Source: Tubiluchus corallicola
Lineage: Eukaryota > Animalia > Priapulida
Direction: 5' to 3'
NCBI GenBank assembly: GCA_030141605.1
Contig: JAQGDQ010000063.1
Coordinates: 62,001-126,000, forward strand
DNA length: 64,000 nt
Shown: in pieces, positions 26,801 to 39,357 of the stretch
Layout: the number at the start of each line of letters is the position of its first letter
How positions within the stretch are numbered: position 1 is the stretch's first letter
The notes under the pieces: model-generated
The model's database searches: none
The model's input: the letters and a program-made list of their open reading frames with translations, nothing else
What the model was told of the DNA's origin: nothing
Program-made: the position numbers and the translations under genes

Positions 26801-29800
26801 TCTTGGATTGTGAATGTCTTGTCACCAACATCCCAATCATCGACATCTTCTGCATACACAGTTCCTATTTCAGTATTGTCTGGAATACTGTTTTTATAAT
26901 TAAACACGCTGATCGATTTAGTTCCTGGTTTATGTAAGTTATCATTGTCATCATTAACTGTAACTGTTAAAAGGTCCACATCACAAATTTGATCTCTGTC
27001 ACATATCTCTATGGGTACTTTAAACGACTTATCATGCTGCCTATCCATAGTTCTTTTAGTAAGAAGTTGCACACCAGTATTTCCTGGACAATCACTTACT
27101 ACTTTATTAATCTCAAAATCATCTTCATAGGGAAAGTTTAAGGTTTTCGTGAATGAAAATGGAGGTGACACCTCTGGTGTATCCATAGCACAAGCTACTG
27201 GCAAAAGCTGTGACCCAGCAGGTGTTTGATCATCAACTCTAATATCATAATCTTCAGCAAAGCGAGGATATGGCTCAACCAACTCCAAATTTAACATGGC
27301 TTCACTTCTAACTGCAGGATCAAACGTCATAATTGCAAAGATTCTAACATTGTACCATTCCTGATCATTTCGTATTAAATCTTCATTAAGAATTACAAAG
27401 CCACTGTTATCAATTCTGAAGCGCTGATAAGGATCTGAGTCCCATGAGTAATCCACAGCATAAGTAAATTCTTGAAAATCTGATTCTTGCGAGTGTGCTA
27501 TAAACTGAGTTACAGTTGTATCTGTTAATGCATCTTTTTCACGCAAACTGACACTTTTATTGTCATCTTCGAATTTTGGCGGTGTATCTGGCAAGTTGTT
27601 TAATCTAAGAACAACCTTAGTACTGTCCACATGATTTGGGTGACCATCCGTGACACTGACATCAAACTCAATCACTCGGTGTTGAGGATTTTCATAATCT
27701 AATTCTTCTTTTGCCTGAAGTATTCCTGTCCCTGTTTTAGGATCAGATACAAGATGGAACATTTCCACTATGTCATTATTTACTATTGAAAATTCAAGCT
27801 TTGCATTATCTCCTACATCTTCATCATATGCATCCATTCGAAGAAGAAAAGAATATTCTGGCAATCCTTCATCTACAGTAACATCATATGAAGATTCATT
27901 AAACTTGGGTGAATTATCATTTTTGTCAACAATATGAATTACAACTTCTTGTTGCTCACCAATAAGAGGTGGAGTACCTTGGTCTCTCGCATTTATTTTG
28001 ATATAGTATGTATCTTCCTGTTCTCGATCAAATTTTCTTGCAGATTTTACCTCTCCCGTGTCTGCATCAATGGAAAATTCATCACTGTGCTCCATCTCAT
28101 AGACTATTGTCCCTCCAGGAGTTCCTTTTTTATCATAATCTGTTGCAGTTGCCAGCATTACTGCTGTCTGTGGAAATTCTCCTTCTAGTATATAGCCATG
28201 TATCAGTCCATCCAAGCCCACATCAAGCCAATATGGAGGATAATTATTTTCATCTTCTAGTGTAACTATAACTTTGGTGTAGCCAGTGTTGCCTACACTG
28301 TCCATCACAGACACCAACAGATTGTACACTTCTTGACCATAAGGAGGGTCCCTTATCAGTGGTTTGTTCATTGTAATGTCACCAGTTTGCTTGTCTATGG
28401 AAAAGGCAGGATCATCTGCAGGAAGTGAACCTTGCCCACTCAGTTCAAACTGAAATGCATCATCTGGTGAATCAGGATCAGCAAAATTACCATGAGCTTT
28501 GAAAATGTTAATAGGAGCATTTGTATTTCTTTCAGGTGTAGATATATTATATTCATTTTCAGTGAATGACGGCGGTCGCAAATTTTCAATCCTAAGAGTT
28601 ATCTGCAGTTGACACGTGCTGCTTTGACTACCATCTGTTATTGCAGCAGTTATGTTATAAAAATTTTTTATCTGGTAGTCAAGCTGCTTTTGAACGTAGA
28701 CTTCTCCTGTCATTTGTCCTATTCCAAATGAACCTAATTCATTACCATCAACTATGTAATAGTGTAGAATTGTAAAATATGAATTGTCTTCCGCAGAAAG
28801 TGTGAACACATTTGATCCAACAGACAGAGATTCTGACACATTAGCACTGTATGTAGATTGCTGGAACTTTGGTATGTTAACTCTGGAATCCATAACTACT
28901 ATGTTTACGGTAGCAGTTGCTGAATTAGGTGCATCTCCACTGTCTATATCTGAACTTGCGCCATCTTCTGCTCTCACAGTTATATAGTATTCTGCTTTGT
29001 TGCTGTCAATTGTTTCCTTAATGAAGAGTGAACCATTGTCCTTGTCAATCCCAAACACAGTGTAATCATTAACATGATCAATGCTGTAAGTAACTTTATT
29101 ATTTGGATACGTGCCATCTTTATCAGTTGCGCTAACTTGAAAGAAATGTGTGCCAATTGTGTCATTATCTTTTACGCTTGTAGTATACAAGGAAGCTGTA
29201 AATTCAGGCTTGTTCATGTTCATGTCCTCTACATCAACTAGCACACTTTCATCTGTATACAGTTGAGCACCATTTGCGCTTCTTTGCTGGACTCTCACTG
29301 GCAACATGTATTCATTTACAACATTGTAATCAAGGCTTCCCTGAAGTGTTATGTTCATGGAATTTTGTATTTGTGTGTTTCCTGCTGTATAAGAAAATTC
29401 CCCATTTGCATTAGTGTTTGGTGTGTTGCCCTTCATGTTAAAGTCAAAGCTTATCATAACAGGATCTTCGCTGCCAACCCCATCGTTTCCTGGATCGACT
29501 GTTAAAGAAACAATATTAATATTACGGTCATTTTCTTTAACATCTATTGGTGAATTTGGTATGTTAATCCAAACTGGAGGTGATGCATATGACGGATTGT
29601 AGAACTGAAAATATACAACAACGGTACCTTCCCTTGGAGATGCACCATTGTCTTTTGCATTTACTTTAACTGAATGTTCCTGAACGGTCTCTGGTGGTGG
29701 ATCTGGTGTTGATTTCACTCTTATCTCTCCATAACTAAGACCCGCAATTTCTGTGGTGTGTATTGTAAAATATTGATCATCCCCACCATCAAATGTGTAG

Positions 29801-32800
29801 TCAACGGTGCCATTTTCCCCTTCATCATAATCAACTGCTAAGATATTTATGCAAACTGAATTTATTGAGATATCACTAGGCAGAGCTTTCCGATAGTCAG
29901 TTAACTGAAATGTGGGGTTGTGGTTGTTGATGTCTAAAATGGTAACTTTAAATGTGCATGTTGCAACTAGTGGCAAAGCTGTACTGCCATCTGGCACCTT
30001 AGTCTTTGCTGTAACAGTAACATAGATCTCATCCTGTTGAAGTCGGTCGAATGATTGAATATTTTTTATTTCTCCTGTATCTTCATTTACGTGAAACAAG
30101 TTAGCAGGGTTTTCCACTTTATATGTTACATCAGACACTTTACCCGTTTCCTTGTCTTTTGCAGTAATATTAAGTATAGGCGTATTAACTGGCGTTGCAT
30201 CACCCTCATAAACAGCAGTTTCACTGTAGTTATCGCACTCGGGAAAATACGGTTCAATATTTTCCACAGTGTAAACAATCACATATACCAAAGCCAGAGA
30301 AGTATGAAAAGGAGGCTCATAATCACAGCATGCTGAATCATCCTGTGCTGACACTTCAATCTCATAGAAGTCTGAATCAATTAACCGAACAGTTGTAATG
30401 ACACCAGTTTTTGAGTCAATTTGAAAAATCTGACCAGGGTTAGTAACAATGCTGTAAGTGATTCCATCATTGTCATGGTCAATCGCATTTACTGCAGTCA
30501 CTAACGATCCAGGTCTTGCATTTTCAGCAACTGTTGCATTATAAGGAGAGTTTATGAATTCTGGCGCACGGGTATTCTTGTTTTTGATATATAGTATCAA
30601 TGTACTGACATCTTCTCGGTAAGGTACTTGTCCTTTCCTATCCTGTGCAACTACCGAAATTCTATATGGTGATTGGGAGTAATCCAGTCGTACCAGATTT
30701 CTGACCACACCATTTTCATCTATTGTAAAACGGTTGTCATTGCTTTTATACAAAATTTCTGCATTTAAACCATCGTCTAGATCTGTAGCTAGGACTGTTG
30801 CTATAGGTGTAACATTAACTTCAGCTTTTTCATCTACATCAAACTCAACAAATGGATTCATTACGAAATGTGGATCATGGTTATTTACATCTGTTACTTG
30901 TAGAATTAATTCAGTTTCAGACTGTTCACTTCCTGGAACTTGCTCAATAGCTGCAACCTTATATCCAAAAGTTTTCTTTTGATCCGGATCTGAATAATTG
31001 AGATCTGACATCTGCAGAACTACATTACCACTGTTGGCATCCGGTATTTCAAAACTGCCATCACTGTTCATAGAATATAAAATTTTATTTTTTGTGAAAG
31101 ACTTTGCCATTATGGTTTCCACTACAACACCATATGATATATTTTCATAGACACGAGTAATATACTCCACCTGTGCAAACTGGGGAGGGCGAGGTCCCAC
31201 CATGATAGATACCGTCTCTAAAGGTGTAACTTGTTTTTCTGAGCCACTGCTATTCCTTGCATTCACACGTAAAATGAAATGTTCTCCAAGTGGATAGCTT
31301 CCTGAAAATTAATTTAATTTTAATTTACTTGGGAGATATTCAAGTTAAGGACATGTTCAGCTATTCTTACTGTTTATGCTTCAGTTTTGTTTCAGAAAAA
31401 TAAAGCAAGTAAAGAAAACAGATTTCAATGAGAAATAGACAATCAAATGTTCAGTGATGTGTTTACATCTCCATTTTGCAAGGAAATATTGTTGCATATT
31501 ATTGCGTACTACATTTGCAAAGAAAAATGGAAAATTCACTCCTCAACGACAGCTTAAAACCTTGAACCATCACTTCATATGCACATAAAGGATGTTTTCT
31601 TATTTTCCTACCGCCACTCTTTCTTCTCTTTCTCGTACACTCTTTCAGTCCCCCTCTCTTTCTTTCTTTCTCTCTCTCTCTCTTGTGTAAAGTACAAGCT
31701 TGTTTGTACATGCTTGTGTGCCTGCCCGCACATGTGTATCATATCACAAGGCAGCTATAACATAAACTTTTTGGCAGCACAGTTGAAAAAGTATGTGTAC
31801 TATCTTTAAAAGCAATATGTCCAGATATGAATCACTGTGTACTTAAAGCAAATTATTTATGTCATATTCTTACTAGCTTTCAGCTACATGTATCATATTA
31901 TTATCTCCTGTGAAGTAAATACATCTTTAATAAATTGAGATAAACACGTCACGTGCAGACATTCAAGAAACGCCAATCATAGTTTTGTCATGCATTAAGG
32001 TTTTGATGAAACAGCTCCGTGAGGACAACATTACATCGCCTATTCGATGATATTTGAAGGGCTCAAAAATGGCTGAACGCGTCCTGTATATATGACATAA
32101 TGCCGTAGAATTATGTCTATGGCATCAATAAACAAAAATTACAATTACTGGGTAATTTTTCAACACCCATTAAAATTCGACGAGTCTTTCTCTGACTTGC
32201 AGTTGGCGTTGGTCAAAGAAAAAAAGACAAGTCCTAACAATATTTTTGTATTTGGTTACAATAATAGTTTATTAGTAACGGGAGAGAAGACAAGTTAACG
32301 ACCCTCCGAAAATGGTTCCTATGCAGTTTCATTTGCCAAACTTAGCGTATTGTCTTTGGATATTTCTGCCTCTATAAAGGAGGAATCCGGGCGGATATAA
32401 ATATAGCGAGAATGTGCAAGACCTATCAACAGCATTCAGTGTCTCTTCTAACAAGGTATATTAAGATCAGATCTTTGGAACTATCTTCGACAATCAGCTA
32501 GGTTCTTGTCCTGCCACAACCAGGATCAGTGATATATCAGTGATAACTATAATAACTAACTATGAAGTGACTACAAACTTGCTAACATAGAAGCTGGTTT
32601 GGTTCATATTTCGTTAAGCCCAGGTCTAATGAATACGTGTAGGAATGTGTCTAATGTGTAGGAATATATTCAACATTATAAATACGCGACTTTGTAATTG
32701 GAGACTGCCTAATTTTTGTGACACGTATTGTAATTTCTATTCAAATAGGTCAAATCTATGTGAAAAAGTAGCCACCGTCATACAGCTTCACAACTTTTTG

Positions 32801-34984
32801 AGGTTCCCGATACAGACAGAACTTCTAAACTTTCCGAATATTTTCACTTTTCAATTAACCTAAAATATAATTTCTGCATATTCCTATTTCTATGTACATA
32901 TTCGGCAAGCAGTGGGTACAAAGTACTTGGGTTTAAAATACATTACTGTATCTTTCGCGCACAATACCTAGTAAGCGATAACTGCCAAACTAATGAATCA
33001 TAACCCTTAGCACTGCTGCTTTCAAGATTTAAAAATTCAAAGAAATAATAATCAAAATAAAAATATTAATAATGACCCAAAAATCTGTGCAAGGTATCAA
33101 CTTCCTAGATTCCCTTTAAAGCCGAGATAAATTGGTAACAGGCACACAGGCAAAGGACAGACAGAGCAACAAATAATTCTACGGTTGCCCACTACGTAGG
33201 TGAACTATAAGATTATTGTTATTAGAGATAGTTACAAGGATGGGATTCCAAGATTTTAAGTGACTTTTATTTTCAGAAGAAATTGACACAATAGACAGAG
33301 CATTTATTTGTGTACAATGCGAAAATTTTGACGCATTTAAATAAGGCATCTTTAAAGGACAAGAAAACGGGTACCTGAAGTAGGTTTCAGAAAAATCGCC
33401 TTAAAAAATTATACTACTTTACAGCATTTTTATGCGTACACCGTGCTCACGTTGAAGGGAATTTTTGTTTGCTTTCATTTTAAATCTCCCACAATACTGT
33501 TCCGACGGCGCCATTACATGACGTCACTACGCAAAAGTAAATCAGGGAAAGAAAAGGCAATGTAAAATTATGTCGCAAAAAACTTTCGATGCAAATCAAT
33601 ATTACTTTCCATTTCACTTACCTACTGGAAAGACTTATGTAACTAGAAATAATAATTTAAAATGTTTGTACTAATTGGTAAAATGTCGTTGACTCACCCT
33701 CCAGGGTGCACTACTAACTAACCAAACAATGTATTTTTAATCTTATTAACAAGATACAGTAATTTACAATTTTGTAATTTAATTTAATGTAATTTATCTA
33801 AACTTGTTTTAAACGACCTCCATCAAAATGACGGCGCCTAACACTCAGCGCGGGAATTTAAATTTAAACGTTTTATACAGCGTTGCCGCAGACGCAAACC
33901 CCACATGCAAAAAGGCAGTACGCAAGTGGTATAAAATTTCAAGAGAAGTTTTTAAAGCTTTACGTAAGTGGAGGGTTTTCTTGTGCTTTAAATTCTTTAT
34001 GGAGACAAATATCGTGGAGACAAATGAACAATGCATACTGTGTGTATGAAGCATGACGAAGAAGAAAGGATATTTCAATGGTTTTGATGAAGCTATTACC
34101 ACACATTGTATTTTAGTAGTAAATGTTTGCCACTTCTTTTCTCACTAAATGCATGCTTTCGAAACTTTATTATGCACTGTATTCTTAAAATGAAATTTGT
34201 TTCACATTTTAATAATAACCCTGACAAATAGATTGAAAGCTCGTAAAAAATGACTGAGTTTATGATATACTGGGCTTTTCTAAGTTTTTATGGATTGGAT
34301 TAGGCCTGGGCCACGAAATATTAACCAACCGTGACTAGCTAGTCTTGTACAAATGCGTCTGAAAGTAAAACTGGCAATAATACTTTAAGATATATACTTT
34401 AATTACTGGTACGTATATGTATAACTACCTGCAGCTGCACGAGTGGTACGAACGTATCCCTGAAAAGGATCAACTTGAAATAGACCTTCACTGTTGTAAT
34501 CCAACACAAGATTATACACCACATCGTCAGTTCCATCACCATCTACTGTCGACAGTATATACACTAGTTCATTGCTAGATGCTTGAGGGTTTAACACTGC
34601 TTGAAATGGATATGGCGAATTATTGAATATTGGTTTACCATCGTCCACAATATTAATTACTACGTCAGCGTATTCATCACTTTTGCTCACCAGATCTGTA
34701 ATCTTCACTTTTAATTCAATAACACTTCGGCTCTGCATATCCAAATGTCTATTTTCCTTGACGTATAAACGACCATGGTAAGGATCTACACCGACATAAT
34801 AATCTTCTTTTACCACCTTAAACCTCAGGTTTGAAGATTCGCCATTCGACTGATTTTGGAGCGAACAGTTTGGTATAGTTCCAATGGTACTGACCGTTAC
34901 GTTGCAGACTAGATCAGTTACAATAAGACGAGCTAAATCACATAAAATAACAAACGGTAAGTATTTTCCGAAGTAAAGAGCCAT
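23899..34984 (-). CDS. Non-chordate (type III, DN-/LvG-cadherin-like) classical cadherin, ~2652 aa, two coding exons
   Basis: Exon 1, 34984-34429: ATG MALYFGKYLPFVILCDLARLIVT (signal-like) and first EC repeats, with donor GCAG|gtagtt in phase 1. Exon 2, 31301-23899: acceptor ttttcag|GA in phase 1, 7403 bp. Domain order: ~14-15 EC repeats, non-chordate cadherin domain, EGF, LamG, EGF, LamG, EGF x2, TM (ALAALIICLLLLLLLIIVFIVF), p120 site YHDEGGGEED, beta-catenin site YEGEGSSVGSLSSL...DDWGPRFQKLANLYG. Confidence 0.95.
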
Positions 34985-37900
34985 GTTGGAATGATTTTCA
35001 CCCAAAATTTATGTTAACTCGTGTGTGACATAGATTTCCTTGTGCGCTAGACAATTTCTGAAGTCAAGTACGTATACACAAAATTAATGTTTTCACAAAT
35101 ACACTGTAACTGAAGAACATTCATTTTCTGCACTAGCAAAATCGACAGTTACACACTGAAATTCATTTGACCAGACAGCACACAGCAAAGTACCACACAG
35201 AACAACAATTTAGTTCTGACGTGCACGTAATACATGATTTCGTATGAAAACATTTAAGCTTGAACTTTGAGCCGGACTGACACACCTGCAAGTAACACAA
35301 TAAACCCAACGCTCAATTTATTCTACTGTACACGCCGACCGTCTACCTGACACAGGTGAATTACCTCATTCACGCATGCGCAGACGCCGTTCTTCGTTCT
35401 CACAGGTATAATACTACAAGAATATTGACGCCTTGCTCATGTCGGCTTGGTGGAAATTCTTTGTGTGTTGAATGTGCAGCATGAATAGCTTCACCGCTGG
35501 ATGCCACATGTTGGGGAAATGATTACCCATGGAAAGCTGCGTCCAATTGTATGCTCTAAAGTTTTGAACGCTAGCAAGTAGCAACGAAATTCACATAATT
35601 ACAACTACCCTAGGGTGGATCCATCACTGAAGTCCTTATCTCGTGATAGTTATGCGGTTGTTTGCATTCTAGAACATCTTGTGGCGTGCTAGAAACGTTT
35701 CACATTGATTCGCAGAACTAGTCGAAGTTAAGCTTTTCTTCATGTCCTTCACACGTGATAATGGCCTCCATCTTGATGCCTTTTGTACAATATTTTAATT
35801 CATTTCATTTTTTCCAAAATTTCATTAACACCGTGTTTGTTTAAATTTACTTCGTTCTGCGTCACCTACCTTATGTTTGTAGAAAAAGTGCAATAGTAAA
35901 TGTACTTGTGCAACTATATTACTGCAACTTACAAAAATGAATTACACCTTAAATAGATAAATAAAATTTGTGCAAATAAAGTTTTTGCATTTCTAACTGT
36001 CTCTCTGCACGTAGACTTTTTAGATTTCTGAACTAGGTTAGCAGACATTATTTTTGTTTAAAGAAACGGTTTGTTAATTTCTCTGAAAATTCCTACGTGA
36101 TGTGATACTATAACGGATTTCGAATTATGATACACCATGGCATTGGCCATGTTAGCATTGATCCTGCGAACTTACAACAATGTAACAATTGGTAGGTTGG
36201 TCTTTCTTACACTGGTTATTTGTTAAAATATTAATTACTGTGTGCAATTTTTGATGTTGTTTTTAGCAACAGTACTTCGTGGAATTGTCGAACTTTGGAT
36301 GTAAATTAGTGGTTATTATTTTGATTCCCAACACTCTAAACTACTTTATTCTTGCAACACAGTTTATTTTAACAAGCCTGAAAAAGTTCAGGGTGAAAAG
36401 GATACTACCGCATTTCAGTCATTTTTTCATCATTTACTATTCTTCGAGCAGTCAATTAATTTCTAATAGGCTCCCCCATGTGTATTACTGCACAGTTTTA
36501 GCTCCATTCATTCACCTTACTTTGATACATGAACACACGTCCAAAATCTACGAAGTCGCTAGAAATTAATAACAAAATTGAAAAGTAAGAACCATATCAG
36601 AAATAAACATTTTTTGATGAATTTATTACAAATAAACTTCAATTTTCACAAATAAACGTAATGGTAGAATGCTTACAGTTATTGAACAAATAAAATCTGT
36701 AAGTACTAGTATTTGCTAGTTTTATTTACTTAAACTGTCAATATTATATGGGACCATTTACCAGTTTTTGAATTATATTTAGTGGTTCGTGAATTTTTTA
36801 CCAGTAAGTGAAGTGTTTGTAATGCATACGAAGCCTTGCTTTGGAGTGCATTGTTGCTACAATTACAGTAGGTTATAATAAGCAAATGTCACTAGTTATT
36901 TTTCCATGTTCTTGGTTCTAACCCGGAGTTCTAAGCAAAGCAAAACACATGCATTCCTAAAACTGCAGCAAGCGCTATAAAAAAAATCCAATCAACGATA
37001 AACTGTTACAGATTCCTTATAATGAAAACAAAAAAAATATTTTCCAAAAATGTCTGCATTTTGAAAGATGATCAGAAAACTTTTAATTTGGTGTAGGGTG
37101 TTGCTGAAAAGGATTTCGGAACTGTAACTCAAATTGTGAGTAGCGCTCTTAACGTAGAATTTTCGAACAGCTAGAGTTCGGATAGCTGCTTCGCAAGCTC
37201 ACAAAATGCTTGCATTGTGGCGTCCTCTGCTGCACAAAAGCTGAATCTTCCTGAGCTAACACTAGTTAAATGAAATGTGGTGCATACATTTGATAGTGGT
37301 GTGTCAGTTAGTTGATTAGTTCTTATACATATATATATACTTCGGTAGACTGAAAGCCGAAATCCACTACTCAAAGACAGACCTACAAAATGAGATAGAT
37401 GTGGGGTAACCCAGGTTCACCATTTATGCAGCATTCAACTTTTTAGTTCTCCAATTTGTAGCGCGGACGATATAATTTCTGATGAAGTACACAGTGTCAT
37501 GTGAAGCACAGTCAAATAATAAATGCGAAGCGCAACAACGTGTGATGCACACAGATCCAAATAAAAATAATTTTATTTCAATGATTGTTGGTACTTGGAA
37601 ATCATGCACATTATGTTTAACTATAATATTGATATAAATTTGGCGACCATAAATTCAATCACTGTCATGGTGAAGAAAAGCATATCAACAATGAAATCAA
37701 TTTATTTATAAAAAAAAGAAATTAAAAATAAAACGGAAAGCATGACAACGTTAAGATTTTTTAAAAAACAGTAGTTTTGAAAGGCAAGCTTATGTGGGAA
37801 AACGTCGATTAGATGAAATGAAGCAAATTGTGGCTATAAGGCTTAATAATTACTTACAAGGCTATAAGCTTAATAATTAATAATAATTGTTAATAATAAA

Positions 37901-39357
37901 GCAAACTTAAAAATTTATTATAAGAATGACTTTAAATGCTTGTTATGGTAGAGAATATGGTACTAAAGAGCACCTTTTTGAATGCCAAGCAATTTGTGAT
38001 AATAAATGAAGCCTATTAGTGCAGATATAAGCTAGTCAAATAAGTTATAGATAAGAAAAGCTAGAATGTACGTCAACGAACTGCGTTCCCACGGCAATGA
38101 AAATAATAGAGATTTTGCCTCATAGAGGGCGACGCCGTGACAGTGCTCGCGACCATATTGGTATTGGGAACTTAGCATTTTACTCCACGTGCGTTTGTGG
38201 CTGTGGCATTAAATTTTGGCTTTTTCCATTTTTGGTGAATAGTTGATCCCTTTGTTGTTTATTCTTCATTTGTTTTTCTACGTATTAACTGTTATCTTTC
38301 CAATGTTTTTAGTTCGATACTGTAGCTGTTTTTTGTATCTTATACCTGGTAAACTAGATAATCGTGACATTTAAGTTTGTCATTGTGATTTTTACTTCAC
38401 AATTAAAATAAAGGTTACAATTTCTTGATCCATTTATTATTTATTTAGTAGTTTGTTTCTGTTAAATCTGTTATCGTACTTGATTTTACAAAATTAATAT
38501 ACTTTTATAAAATATGCAAGATGTTGCCTTGACATGAAACTTGAAATTAAAGCTTAAGATTTACTTGGCAACTTGTTAGTTCTGGAAAAGATATTTTAAA
38601 TGGAAATGTAAAATGGGTGTCAAAATAATTCTACCGTATTGGTATTAGTTCGATCAATTATTGTATTTGTGCATTTCTCAGTTGAAGACTCAAGACTGAG
38701 CAGTGCATTTTGATGTGTTTGGACTAACTATTTGGAAAATTTACTACGTTTTTATTACTAGCTTCACCTGCATGACATACTGCAGTTTACAGTCACATGC
38801 TTCCTATCTTAATCTTAAATTGCACAAGGCATCGAGTAATGATATCATTATATGCTGGTCGGTGTCTGGAACATTGCATGTTTTCTCATCTGCACTTTTG
38901 CAACATCATCATGCAAAATAAAATGCCAGTAGTACATGTTTCCATTAGCTGTGTGTCATGGCGTCTTACAGTCAGCAGTGTCAGTAGAAATCATTCTAAT
39001 TTAATTTATTATCAGTCATTTAGTATACTATTATAAGTTTTTGTCGCTGTTGCTTTTTGTACCGGATATTGTCGTTAGTTTTTCAAAATTTTACTCTTCG
39101 TTCCAAATGCTTATTGCAAATGCCTGTATTGAATAGCAATAGTTTGCGTTTTTCATTTGAGTATCATGTACCAAACACTCATTGTTCATTTGTGTACCAA
39201 ATACTCATTATTAATAATTAAGATATAATTTATGTATGTTTGTCTTACTAATGTGACTATGCTACATTATTGTGATTTTATTTGCAAACTGAGACAATTT
39301 CTTCTTACAGATTATTTCAACATTTTAACGTACAAAATATAATTTTAGGTAAAAACT

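Noticed and set aside
24338-30982. Many short ORFs overlapping the cadherin exon
   Set aside because: Antisense or alternate-frame shadows of a long coding exon, with no recognisable motifs.
34403-35005. Stand-alone 200-aa cadherin-domain protein
   Set aside because: Better explained as cadherin exon 1: the phase-1 donor after 34429 fits the acceptor at 31301, and the ORF merely runs a few codons into the intron.
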